DNA of 36,188 nucleotides from contig CALSCO010000911.1 of the NCBI GenBank assembly GCA_943704415.1, forward strand, positions 1 to 36,188, read 5' to 3'. The position numbers were made by a program, and so were the translations under genes. Below are positions 1-11,170 of this stretch, one piece after another; position 1 is the first letter of the stretch; each line of letters begins with the position of its first letter. The stretch comes from Parvularia atlantis (Eukaryota). Below the pieces are notes generated by a model that ran no database searches, was not told the origin of the DNA, and worked only from the letters and a program-made list of their open reading frames with translations.

Positions 1-815
1 CCCCCCGCAGCCACCACCCCGCACCACGGGATCGGCTCCTTGTTGTACGACGCGGCCTCGGTGATCAGGCGCGGGTCGATCGACTCGGCCAGCGTGCACA
101 GCGTGAAGGCGCGGTTGCGGTGCGAGTCCAGCACCTCCCAGCGGTCGACGTGGTCCGCGGCATGCACCTGCCGCGCGCGCGACGTCACCTTCCCTCGTTC
201 GCCCGCCCCATGCGCCGCGCGCGCGCACGTCAAAGTAGTCGGTCGACGCGATCACGCCGCTGGCGATACGCGCCAGGGGCACGCGGCCGCACGTGCACGG
301 CGCCGCGAAGAGGCTGTGCTCGCTGTCGTTGACAAAGTCGGCCATGCGGTTGAGCTGCGCGCGCGCGCGTGCGCCGTCAGCCGCCGCCCCTCGTGCGAGC
401 GCGCCGCCATCACCTCGAACAGGCGGTCCGTGGGGATGTCAAGGCGGTCGTTCGGCAGCGCCCAGACCTCGTCCGAGTCGTCCGTGTTCATCCAGCTGAG
501 GTCGGTGACGTTGGCCGCGCGCGTGTACGCCTCGAGCCACTTGAAGCTGAGGTAGCCGCGGTTGCCGCAGGCGTAGCTGCAGCGCGGTGCTGAGCGCGAT
601 GGCGCACGATGGCGCGCGATGGGTGGCGCGCACCGCTTCAGCTTGTCGCGCGCCTCCATCGACCTGATCGTCTGGTGCCAGAGCTTGCACACGGCGCGGG
701 CGACCTCGAGATCCTTCACCTCAAGCTGCTTGAGCATCGTCTCAAGCATCTCGAGGCTGAACGAGCCGAAGCCGCGCGCGGCGGCCGCGGACGGCCCCTG
801 AACATCCACATCCAT
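1..815 (-). CDS. F-box domain protein, multi-exon, 3' end runs off the window start
   Basis: ATG at 815. N-terminal F-box-like motif FGSFSLEMLETMLKQLEVKDLEVARAVCKLWHQTI. GT-AG introns (e.g. 633-577, 57 nt) keep the frame open to the window edge. C-terminal part not recognised. Confidence 0.7.
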
Positions 816-928
816 TGCGCGTCAACGTGTAGGAGGGAATTGTGAGCTTGACTGGCGGCTCAGCCGCTCAGCAGCTCACGGGCAGCACCGCAGGCACCGT
901 GCACGTACATACACAAGGCACAACCACC

Positions 929-2442
929 TCAAAAGCGGCTCACACCGATCAGATCCCGCGCGTCTTGGGGAACGACACCGAGAAAGTCCTCGCCGGCGAT
1001 GATCTTGAGGTGCACCGCGTCCAGGGGAGCCTTGCAGTGGGCCTTGACGTACGCGATCGCTTCAGAGGCAGGATCAGTGAACAGCGCACGCGCGTCGGCG
1101 TTCAGCTTCTTGTTGGTGACGAGCCAGAAGGTGATGCTGTTGATCTTGTAGTTGGCCGGCGACACGTTCTCGTGAGTGCTTCCACTGGAGCCTGAGGGTG
1201 ACGGTGTGGCCCGCGACGACGCGGCCGACGAATCGGATGAAACGGCCGAGGACGCCGCGGTCGCGAGAAGGGATCCCTCTAGGGCTTTGAGCAGCTTGTT
1301 GAAACCGGCGCATGCCGATCCGACCATGGCTCTGGCTTGCCCGCTGTTGTCAGCGCTCTTCCCAGTGTACTCGCCGCCGGCGGTGATGTGCGCCCTGCCG
1401 ACCGCACCAAGCTTGATCTGCAGCAGGTCGATGTCGAAGACCGCCGGCGTGGCCTCGGCGCCGCTGCCGCCGCGGCTGATGGTCGCGCTCCTGAACCCGT
1501 CCATGCCCATTTCCTTGCTCAGGCCCAGCATCATACCGTTGAGCTGGTCCAAGCTTGTCACCGCGCGCACGAACGCCGACTGGGCTAGCTTGCCCTCCCT
1601 CAGCACAAGTGGGACGCCGATGTGTAGGTACTCGGGACGGCAGGGCCCTAGGGCTGGCAGTCTCGAGCAAAGCCACTCGCGCACCAACGCCTCACGGAAG
1701 CCCGCTGGGGGAACCCGTTCCCTCCCGGTAGTTCAGGACTGAGCGGAACGCCAAGATGGTCTTCTCCGACATGCCGTCGCGCATGCCGTTGCGTGAGACA
1801 ATGTGTGCATAGGCACCAGGGTGAACCAGCCGGTAGTTGGACGTATTGGACGCGACGGGGCAGAGGATTCCCAAGTCTACCACAGCGCCGATCTGCAGGT
1901 GTGCGCCCGCCGCACTGCCCAAGCGCCTGCGGGCAAGTGAAGCCGCTCGCGCTGTTCTTCCGCGTCGCCAGAAAGGCAGCCTCGGTGATAAGAGCACTCC
2001 GGAAAAGCCCACGGAGCATAGCCTCGACTTCGGTCTCGACGGCGGGAGAAAGGAAAAGGGCGTGCAGCTTGAGCTCCTTCACGTGCTGCTGGCAGAGGCC
2101 ATATGCCGCGATGAGCAGGTCGCCGGCTTCTCTGTAGAGGGACTCCAGGGCCTGCGTCGACTGCTTGACGGTGATGCGAGCCGCGTACTGGGTCGCGACG
2201 GCTGCGTACTTTGCCCGCAGATCGTTGACGCCCCGGACGAACGCGACCGGCAGGCTGCTGAGGAACGCGTCCGGGTCCGAGTCGTGCTCGACGTCGACGT
2301 CAGCGCGGGGCGTGCCCAAAGGCGCCTCGGATAGCTGCACTCGGCGGACGCCTTCCGCGGCACGCGCAGCAGCTGCGGCACCCCGCCGCTCCGCGTCGCG
2401 CCGGCTGCGGATCCACGCCGCCGTGAACGCGTTGAAGTCCAT
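929..2442 (-). pseudogene. Frameshifted gene with a C-terminal PD-(D/E)xK/QxK restriction-endonuclease-like domain (Crinkler/RHS-type CR-REase or Mrr-like)
   Basis: Three overlapping minus-strand ORFs (2442-1648, 2012-1692, 1687-929) join through frameshifts near 1936 and 1693. Motifs G-x-x-[F]E-ALV, GMDG, LLQIKLG, FWLVTN-x5-A. No clear introns in the 929-2240 part. Three 60-nt spot counts give 58-60% GC, and codon usage is mixed. Confidence 0.5.
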
Positions 2443-2469
2443 GAGCGCGCGCTTGCAACGGTCAATCTA

Positions 2470-2489
2470 GCAGTTACCCGGGTAACTGC
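2470..2489. repeat. Perfect 20-bp palindrome GCAGTTACCC|GGGTAACTGC
   Basis: The two 10-nt halves are exact reverse complements. It lies 27 bp upstream of the ATG at 2442. Confidence 0.95.
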
Positions 2490-2606
2490 AGTGAAACATT
2501 AGCTGCGACGCCACCGGCTGGACGCCGCGATGCGATGCGCAGAGCGGCGTCGGCACTCACGCGCCTCATATGCAGCGCGGATGACAAGCGTCGGCCACAT
2601 CATGTA

Positions 2607-3391
2607 CTACGCGCCGTACTTGGGCGTCCGTCCAAGCATGTAAGCGAGCTCGTCCGCGAGGTGGTCGGCCAGCAGCACGCCCGCGCCGCCCTGCAGCGCA
2701 CACGCGGCCGGGCCAAACTGCGTCGCCTCGTCGCGCCGCGTCACGCCCTCGAGCGCGCTCGCGACGAGCATCGGCACGCTGGGACGCCGGCGCACGCGCA
2801 GAGTGAGTCGTGGTGTCAGTGCGGGCGGCGCGCGCACCGATGCGTCGTCACGGGCTGCCGGCGGTAGCGCTCGAACGACTGCACGGGCAGCGGCACACCC
2901 GGCCGCACCTCGCGCCGCGTCGCGCCGTCGCTGCGCAGTCCGGCGTAGCGCGCGTACTCGGGTGTGCGCAGCAGCGCGTCGGCGTCGACATTGTCCGCGT
3001 GCGTCGCCACGAGCACGCGCAGTGTCCCCGACGGCAGCCCGGGCGTCGTCAGCAGCTCGTCGGCCGCGGCCGGCCCGTCCACGTGCACCACGAGCAGCAG
3101 CGGCCCGCCGTCGTCCGCCGCAAGCCGTCTGCGCACGTCGTCCCGCGCCTCCGCCGGCGGCGGCCCCGTCCCGCCCGCGCGGATCGACGCCGCGCGCCCG
3201 ATCAGCGGTCCATCCGGGCGGAGCATCGCGGCGTCAATGGCGTCGCCAAGCGCGTCCGTCCGCGCCACCAGCAGGCCGCAGCAGCCCGCTGCGGCCAGTG
3301 CGTGCGCGCCGGTGCCCCACTGGTCCGGCGTGGCCCCCGCGGCGTCGTGCGCAACCACGATCAGCACGCGTCGCGTCTGCGCATCACCCAT
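2607..3391 (-). CDS. Conserved uncharacterised protein ending in PKYGA, related to cofactor-independent phosphoglycerate mutase (apgM)/alkaline-phosphatase fold (At5g11810-like)
   Basis: Two exons, 3391-2838 and 2778-2607 (59-nt GT-AG intron). N-terminus RVLIVVAHD...ALAAAGCCGLL; C-terminus P-x-QS...GVTRRD-x4-F...GG...ELAYMLGRTPKYGA*. Confidence 0.7.
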
Positions 3392-3628
3392 CTCCTGCGA
3401 AAAAGTACAACACACGGCAAGGGCAGGAAGAAGCCGGGCGACAGACGCGGTGAGACGTCGGCTGCGAATGAGCATGCGCTGGGATAGATGACTGCTCCCG
3501 ACTTCGCGAAGCGTCGGCTGCACATACGCCAGCGCTGGAATGCCAAACTGTTTTAGACTTTGTGGTCTGAAGTTCGTCTTTGCGAAGCGTCTTGCCCGCG
3601 CTCTTGCGTCCAGCCGCGCAAAAGATAG

Positions 3629-4048
3629 CAGGCGCTCACGGACGCGATGGACCGCGCGTTCGTGTACATGCTGACGAAGCCGGTTGTGACGAGCCTCGCG
3701 ACCGAGCTGCGCGATGTGGGCCTCACGGTGCAGACGTACACGGCCGACCTCGGGCACGAGCAGCGGCGCGGCGCGGCGGCGGCGTGGCGGTCGGCGGTCC
3801 GCGGTGTGACGGTCGCCACGGGCGGCTTTGGCGCGGGCGTCGACTGCGCCACCGTGCGCATCGTCGTGAACATCGGGTCGTACAATCTCGTCAGCCTCGG
3901 CCGCGTCGGCATGCCGGCCCGCGCCGTGTTCATCCAGGAGCTGCAGCACTACCCCGACGGCGACGTCGCGCCGTCCAGCCGAAAAAAGGTCCATGGAAAA
4001 ATGTCCAGCAACGGTGTCGGCCGCGCACGGCCCGCACGCTGCGTGTGA
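3629..4048 (+). pseudogene. Degenerate RecQ-family (telomere-linked-helicase-like) helicase C-terminal domain fragment
   Basis: RAFVYMLTK...LATEL...YTADL...W...VTVATGGFGAGVDCATVRIVVNIG matches SF2 motifs IV-V. Motif VI (QxxGRxGR) is largely deleted. No N-terminal ATPase domain; in-frame stop just upstream at 3626-3628. Confidence 0.75.
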
Positions 4049-4313
4049 TGTGAGGCGCAACGCCGCACACGGCGCAAGAGGGAGAAGGAAAGGAAGAGGG
4101 ATGTGCGTGCCCAGCGAACGGCCGCGCGCCGGAGAGGCAGGCGGCACGGGCCGATTATAAAGGCACAGAAGCGACTCTGCGCGCCACGCGGCAGTCGGGC
4201 ACCCACGGGGGCGCGGGGGGCAGGCCCGGCTGTTTGACTAGTGGCGCGCGGGAGAGAGAGAGGAGAGAGCGAGAGCAAGCGACGCACCTTGTACGCTGCA
4301 GTTGACATAAAAC

Positions 4314-7300
4314 ATGGCGGCGAACAGTGACAGCAACGAGGCCCATCGACGGTCGCTCCCAGTCGACGCGGACGTGGACGCGCTGGCGGCGTCGATGCTG
4401 CTCGATCTGGCGCTGGTCGGGGCGGACGCCCCGGCGGACGGCGAGGGCGAGCATGACGCGCCGGCCGACGTGCGAGGTGCGCGGTGCGGCGCGGGCCTGC
4501 TGGAACGCGTTGTTTACGCCTCCTCAGATGCAGCGCCGTTGCCGCCGCGCATGCCGCAGGGCGCGCCGCTGCCCGTCACGTTCGCGTCGCTGCAGGTTCA
4601 CGCGCGCAAGCCCAAGGGCAAGACGCGCCTCGAACAGCTCTTCGACGCGCCCGGCAGCGGTAGCCCCGCCCCGCCGCTCACGCCGACCGCCGCTGCCGCC
4701 GTCCGCCCGATCTCGCCCAAGCTCATCGACGGCAGCCTCGTCGCGGGCGGCGTGCCGCTGCTGTCCCTCGCCGAGGTCAACGCGAGCGTGCGCTCGTCCG
4801 ACGGCGCCGACGCCGAGCCCGTCGCGTCCTCGCCGCCGCCGCAGCGGGCCGCGGGCGGCTCCGTGCGCATCAAGAACCCGTGGGAGCGCCTCAAAGGCTC
4901 GATCCGCGTGTCGCGGTCCGCCCGAAGACCGTCAGCCGCGGCCGAGCCGTCGCCTTCGTCGTCCGGCGCGTCGCTCGACGGCCTCGTGGGCAGCGGCAGC
5001 GCGACGCACATCGAGCCGTTCCCAACCGGCGAGTGGGAGGCCGAGCCCGGGCCGGAGCGCGCGCTGTCGCCAGAGACCGGCGGCGCCGAGCAGCGCGAGC
5101 GCTCGTCGTCCATGTCGGCGGCCGGCATCGGAACGCACAGCGGGTCGGACGCGTCGCGCTACCTGTCGATCAAGTGCGCCTGGCCCTGTCCGGGCGTCCG
5201 TGCTGTGCTGAACTTGTGTGTGCGCGCGCCAGGCGCCTGTACAAGAAGACGCTGGGCAGCCGCTCGGCGCTCGACCCGTCGCTGTACAGGAAGGACGACA
5301 AGAAGGGCACCGTGCGCGTGATCAACGTGCAGCTGCCCGCGGCCGACGACACCATCAGCGAGGCGTCGCCGCCGCCGCAACGCTGGTGCGCGCACCCGCC
5401 GCTCTCAGGACCGCTGCTCACGCGGGCCGCAGGTACGAGGTGCTCGGTGTGGACGTGATGCAGCTCGCGGAGGAGGAGGTGCACCGCCAGGAGACGATCT
5501 ACGAGATGGTCGAGACGGAGCAGGGTGCGCGCCCCTGTGCCTGCCTGCTGCCCGCAGCTGTGCTTAGGCGTGCACCGCGCGCAGACTACATCGGCAACCT
5601 GCAAATGATCCAGGAGGTGTTTATCCGCGAGCTGCAGCACAACCAGCTCATGACTGGCAAGGAGATCTCGTCGGTTTTCTCCAACATTGAGCAGCTCATC
5701 CTCGTCAACCAGGTGCGCGCGTGTGTGTGCACCGTACGTGTGTGCGCGTGGTGCCTGAGCCGGCTGGCACGGCAGGAGCTCCTTAGTAAGCTGCGCGAGC
5801 GCCAGCGCTCCGGCGTCACGTACAAGATCGGCGACGTCTTCCTTGAACTGGTGCGCTCACGAGAGTGTCGCGCTTTTGTCCTCACAACTGCGACAGGCCA
5901 GCTACTTCAAGATGTACAAGGACTATTGCGGCAACCAGCCGAGCGCGCTCGCGACCCTGCAGAAGCTCAAGGATAAGGAGGACCTGCAAGAGTTCCTGCG
6001 GGTGCGGCGCGCTGCGCTCGCGGTGACGCCAACGCTGAAGCGCGTGGCGGCCAGGCGTGCCAGCAGCGCAAGGAGTGCCGCAACCTGACCCTGACGACGT
6101 TCCTGCTCGTGCCCGTGCAGCGCCTGTGCAAGTACCCGCTGTTCCTCAAGGCACGCACGCCGCGTGCAAACGGCCAAAGCGTGTCTGACGCGCGCTGCGT
6201 CCGTCCAGACGATCCTCAAGCACACGCCCGAGGAGCACGAGGACTACGGCGACATGCAGCGCGCGCTCGCGCTGATGGAGAGCGTGGTTGAGACGGTCAA
6301 CGAGCGCCGCAAGTTTGTCGAGAGCCAGCAAAAGATGGTGCAGATCGCCGGCACGCTTGAGTTTGCCGAGGTGCGCCCGCGCCATGTGTCGCTAGCCACT
6401 GACGCTGCCCACGCTGCCGCCCAGCCATTTGTGCTGCTCGTGCCCACGCGGCACTTTGTCACGGACGGTCCGCTGCCCAAGCTCGACCAGACGGGCCGGC
6501 TGAGCGAGCGGCACGGGTTTCTCTTCAACGACATCCTCATCTGGGCCAAGCAGAGCGTGCTGAGCCGGAAGCGGCACCAGGTCCACCGTCCGTCTGTGCG
6601 ACGCGTGCGCGCGCTCATGTGCCGCCCGCGCCGGCAGGTCAAGGTCGTCTTTGACCTCACGCGCTGCCTCGTCGTCGATACGCCCGACCCGGCGCCGACC
6701 GAGGGCGACGACGGTGCGCGCCGCCTGACGTCTCGCCTGACCTGACGATGCCGAGCAGCGCCGAAGCGGACGTGCAGCTTCGAGATCGTCTTTGCCGGGC
6801 GCGGGCGCTTCGTCATGGGCTTTGCCGACGCGGCCGCCAAGCAGCACTGGCTACGGCCGCTCAAAAACATCACCGACCGCTACCTCGAGGAGCAGGTGCA
6901 GCGTGTCGCGCTCGCCTCGCCACGCTGGCTGATGTGCTGCTGCGCCGCGAGCAGAAGGAGCTGCACGAGAAGGCCGACGCGCACGCAGCGCACGGCGAGG
7001 ACGACTCGGACGACGAGGGCCACCAGCAAGAGGGCGCGCTGCGCGATCGAGTGCGTCGCCAGCCGCTGCCGCTGCTGCCGCTGCTGCCCCTGACGCGACC
7101 GCGCTCTCGCAGGTGCGCGTCGTGTCCATCTACTCGTCCTCGCGCGCGCTCGACGGCCTCTCGCTTGAGACGTACCTGCCGAAGAAGTCGTCGCAGCACG
7201 GCAGCTCGGACGGCATCGTTGTCGTCGACGACGGCGACCACGCGCGGGCCGATGAGGTGCGCTGGACCGTTCACTAAGCCTTGACTGACGCGAGCGCAGG

Positions 7301-8169
7301 TCAAGCGCGACTCTGGCGCGAGCGACTCGTCCACCGGCTCGCATGCGCGCACCGACGAGCATCTCAGCCCGACGGGCAGCCGTAAGCGCGCGACGCCGCC
7401 GATGCCCGCGCCGTACTTTGCGACCAAGGGCCGCACGAGCGACGGCGCATCGCCGCGCGGCGCAGCCGAGGCGCCGATCACGCCCAAGGCCGTCCCGCCG
7501 CTGCCACCGACTGACACGCCCGCCGCAATGGAGGGCCTGTACGCAACGTCGTCCGAGCCGACGCTGCACGGCCTGCCGCCCATCAGCCCGCCCACGCGCC
7601 GTCCGCCGCCGCCGCCCAAGGCGCTGCCGCCGCTGCCTGTGGGCGAGAGCGAGCCCGCGCCGGTCGCGGTGCGCCGGCCGCCGCCAACGCTGCCCAAGCC
7701 GGCAGCGGCCTCGACCGTGATCATGATGGAGACGTCGTCGCCGTCGAGCGTCAAGCAGGCGCTGCGGCAGTCTGCGCATGCGCCGCCGCCCGTCGTCGCG
7801 CCCAAGCCGCTGCACGTGCCGGCGCCGCGTCGGCAGAGCGGGCACACAACGGTGCCTGTGACCGACGCGCCTGCCAAGCCATCCGTGCCGCGGCACGTGC
7901 CGGCGCCGCGTCGGCAGAGCGGGCACACAACGGCGCCTGTGACCGACGCGCCTGCCCCGCCACCGGCGACTGACGCCTCGCCGCCCGCGCCTGCCAAGCC
8001 ACCCGTGCCGCGCAAGCCGTCGTTCGCGCCGAGCGACGAGCGCCCTCTGGTCGCCACCCGCCCGCGCCTGCGCACCGCATCCGACGACTCCGCCGTGCGC
8101 GCACCCTTCGCCGCCAAGCCGCCCGTGCCGGCCAAGCCGGCTGTCGTCCCGCCCCCTCTGGTGCAGTAG
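4314..8169 (+). CDS. Dbl-family Rho guanine nucleotide exchange factor (DH-PH) with a proline-rich C-terminus, multi-exon
   Basis: DH motifs RQETIYEMVETE..YIGNL, VFSNIEQLILVNQ, FKMYKDYCGNQ, FLLVPVQRLCKYPLFLK|TILKHTP. PH motif RHGFLFNDILIWAK...W. PxxP-rich tail ends at TAG 8167-8169. Confidence 0.9.
7813..8012 (+). repeat. Intragenic 81-bp tandem duplication (27 aa HVPAPRRQSGHTT.PVTDAPAKP.VPR)
   Basis: Copies start at 7813 and 7894 and are near-identical. The second copy is interrupted by a short Pro-rich insertion. Confidence 0.9.
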
Positions 8170-8185
8170 ACTGTAACTTTACAAT

Positions 8186-9646
8186 TCAGATGCTCGAAAA
8201 CATGCGGATCTTCTCCAACAGCCAGAAACAGTGGTCGTAGGCGGCGTTCATCGCGCCGAGCGTCTGCTTGAGCGCGGTCATGACCAGCTCGATCTCGGCC
8301 GAATCGAGCACCTCGACCGGCTGGCCGTTGAGCGAGCTGTCGTTTGCGTGCGCAGTCAGGGGACGCGCGCGTGCGTGCGCCACACACAAGGTCCGCCCGG
8401 GCACGAGCATGAACGACGTGAAGCGGTCCCGCAGGCTAACGCGCAGCTGCGACGCCGCGGCGGCCGTGGTGAAGTGCAGCGCGTACGCCTGCAGGAACAC
8501 CTGCGCGGACGGCCGAACGGGGCCGTGTGAGCGGAGGGCGGACGGTCGCGCGAACTCTCTGCCCACCCGCTCGTTCATGATCGAGACGCGCACGAGGATG
8601 TCGTCCGGGAGGGCCGGGTTGAAGATCTGCGCGCCCAGTCGGTGCCCGCCTCTGCGCACCGCCAGCGCACCATCCGGTTGAGCACGCTCTCATTGTGAAT
8701 GCGCGCGTCGTCGATGAACAGCAGCTGGTCTTTGGCCTGCTTGATCAGGTACGCTAACCTGTCGAGGAACTGCGTGCGTCGCCGCGGCCGTCAAGAGAGA
8801 CGCACGCGCGGTCGCGCAGCCGCGCACCGAGTCGACGGCCTCGCGCGCCTCGCCCGCCACCGAGTCCTCGCGGAAGTCGTCCAGCAGCGCCAGCGCCATC
8901 GCGAGGTAGTTGCGCGCGTCTTGCAGCTGCGTCGTTTGTGTGAGCACGCCAGCGCGAACGCGCGCGAGACGGCACCTGGCGCAGGTTCCAGGGCCGCTCG
9001 GGCGTGATCGTCGTGCGCCAGACCTGCCCGCGGTTCCAGCGCGCAAACTTGAGCTTGATGTCCTATGTGCGCGTTGAGCGCATTGAGCGCGATGCTGTGC
9101 GGGCTGCGCGAGACGCACGGCGCGTGTGATCGACGCGCCGTCAAACGTGAGCGCGCCGGTGAGCTTGTCACTGCGCGTGCGTGCAAACTCAGCGGGCGAG
9201 CGCGCGCCGGCCGCGACGGGCGCAGGCCGCACCCGGGCGACGACATGTTGACGGTCACGTCGGGCTTCGACAGCTGCTGGCGGAGCTTGCTCGTGAGCGT
9301 CTGCGGCGGCTGCGACGGCGGCTGCTGCTGCGCATCGCCCGATGCCACGCCGCCGTCGCCCGTCTCGCGCTGCGCCCGCGGCGTGAGCGGGCGGATGGCA
9401 GTCTGTGTGCGCAGGCGGATGAGCCAATGGCGTGCGCATCACGCGCAACGCCGCACCTTGAGCACGGTCGCCATCTGCTGCAGGAACAGCGGCAGCTGCT
9501 GCGCCATGAGCCACTCAAACTCCTTCTCCTGCACCGCACAACGCGCACAACGCCCCGCGTCAGCTGCTGCCGCCGAGCGAGAAGCGACCGCCGCGCACCA
9601 TCACCGCGACCTCGAGCCGCTCTGCCGCCTCATGACTTTCCATCAT
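8186..9646 (-). CDS. ROGDI: Rogdi / RAVE complex subunit Rav2 homolog
   Basis: Spliced product EKEFEWLM...DKLTGALTFDGASITRA|DIKLKF...PWNLRQ|LQDARNY...IFNPALPDDILV...LLEKIRMFSSI* follows the Rogdi motif order. Confidence 0.9.
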
Positions 9647-9683
9647 GGTCGCGGGGCGACTTTCGATACTGTGACACACGGCC

Positions 9684-11150
9684 ATGTCGGCTCAGGATGA
9701 TGCCGCGCCGCTTCTCGTCGCCGGTGAATCTGCGCCGGGCGCGGCAGCAGCAGAAGCGGCCGCCGCCCGACCGGCACCGCTGCCCGGGTGGCAGACGGCC
9801 GAGGCGCGCGCCGATGCGTGGCTGGAGCGCGTCGAGACGGCCGTCAACGGCGTGTGGGGCGTGGTCGGGGTTGTCCCGCCCGTCGTCGTCTCGGCGCTGT
9901 TTGCGTGGTCCGTCTATGCCTACAACGTCACGTTGTGCTGTGCGTGCGGCGCGGGCGCGCGGTGCCGTGCACTGACGGTGCTATGATCGCGACAGACAAC
10001 GCCGTGCTGCCGGCGAGCACGGGCACAGGCGGTGTGCGGTGATGTTCGCGCACGTGCGCTGTGCTCACGCGTCGGTCGCAGTGCTCTTCCTCTTCATCGC
10101 CGACACGCTCGTCAGCCTCGCGCTCTGGTCGTTCTTCGCCGTCATGTTCACGAGCCCCGGCAACCCGCCGCCCCGGTTCAAGATGTCGCCCGACGAGTAT
10201 GAGCGCGCGTTCCCCGAAGGTAACACCGTCTGCCCGTTTGCACGCACGCGCTGATCACGCCCGCGCAGGCACGCCCGTCAGCGCCGCCCAGCTGCGTGAC
10301 GTGCTCGGCGAGGACACGGTGATGGTCATGCGCGGCTTCGACGGGCGCCCGCGCTACTGCCGGCACTGCCGCGCTCTCAAGCCCGACCGCACGCACCACT
10401 GCAGCGTGTGCAACAAGTGCGTGCTGCGGATGGACCACCACTGCCTGTGTGCGTGCCGTAGCGCCCCCCAATGCCCGGTGTGCACGGCTCACGCCTGGAG
10501 CCCCAGTCATCTTCAACTGCGTCGGGTTCCACAACCACAAGGCGTTCCTGCTCTTCGTGACGTACGGCGCCATGTACGCGTTCTGGGTGGCCGCGACGAC
10601 GCTGCCGTTCCTCGTGGCCGAGGCGAGCCGGCTCGGCTCGGTGCGCAGCCGCGCGTGCTGCTACTGCTCTTGTGCTAGCTGCTCACGCCCCCCCCCCCCC
10701 CCCCCCCCCCCCCCCCGTCTGCGCGCGCAGGTCAAGGGCGTGAGCGTGCACTGGTTTCTGCTCGTCGTGCTCGGCGGCGTGTTTGGGCTCGCGATGCTCG
10801 GCTTCTCGGTCATGCACACGCGCATCGTCCTCATGAACCGCACGTCGGTCGAGGGCGCGTCGCGGGTCCGTCACCCGCTCGAGCGCCTGGCACGCACAAA
10901 CACTCACGCGCGCGCGCGCGCGCGCGCAGCTCGAGAACGAGACGCGCAAGTGGCTGTACGACGTCGACTACAACTACAACTGGCGCGCGTTCATGGGCCA
11001 CAACCCGTACCTGTGGCTCGTGCCGGTCAACACGCACACGAGGTGCGGCCGCGGCTGCGTGCCGGCGCGCTGCCTGCTCAAGCGCGCTCACGCAGCTGGC
11101 TCGACGGCTACACCTTTACGCGCTTCGCTGCCGAGATCGAGGAGGCGTAA
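9684..11150 (+). CDS. DHHC palmitoyl acyltransferase (ZDHHC2/15/20/Pfa3-like)
   Basis: [46 protein letters not shown], four TM segments, [25 protein letters not shown]. Confidence 0.92.
10688..10716 (+). repeat. Poly-C tract (29 nt) inside a DHHC intron
   Basis: C29 lies between the CTCAC branch-like site and the GCGCAG acceptor of intron 10641-10730. Confidence 0.9.
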
Positions 11151-11170
11151 CCCGCTGCCACCCTTGTACA

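Noticed and set aside
816..2606. Intact transposon boundaries around the lower-GC gene
   Set aside because: No terminal inverted repeats, LTRs, target-site duplication or transposase motifs could be identified by eye.
4156..4161. TATAAA as the RhoGEF TATA box
   Set aside because: It is a single hexamer about 150 bp upstream of the ATG, and the other promoters here lack one; unsupported.
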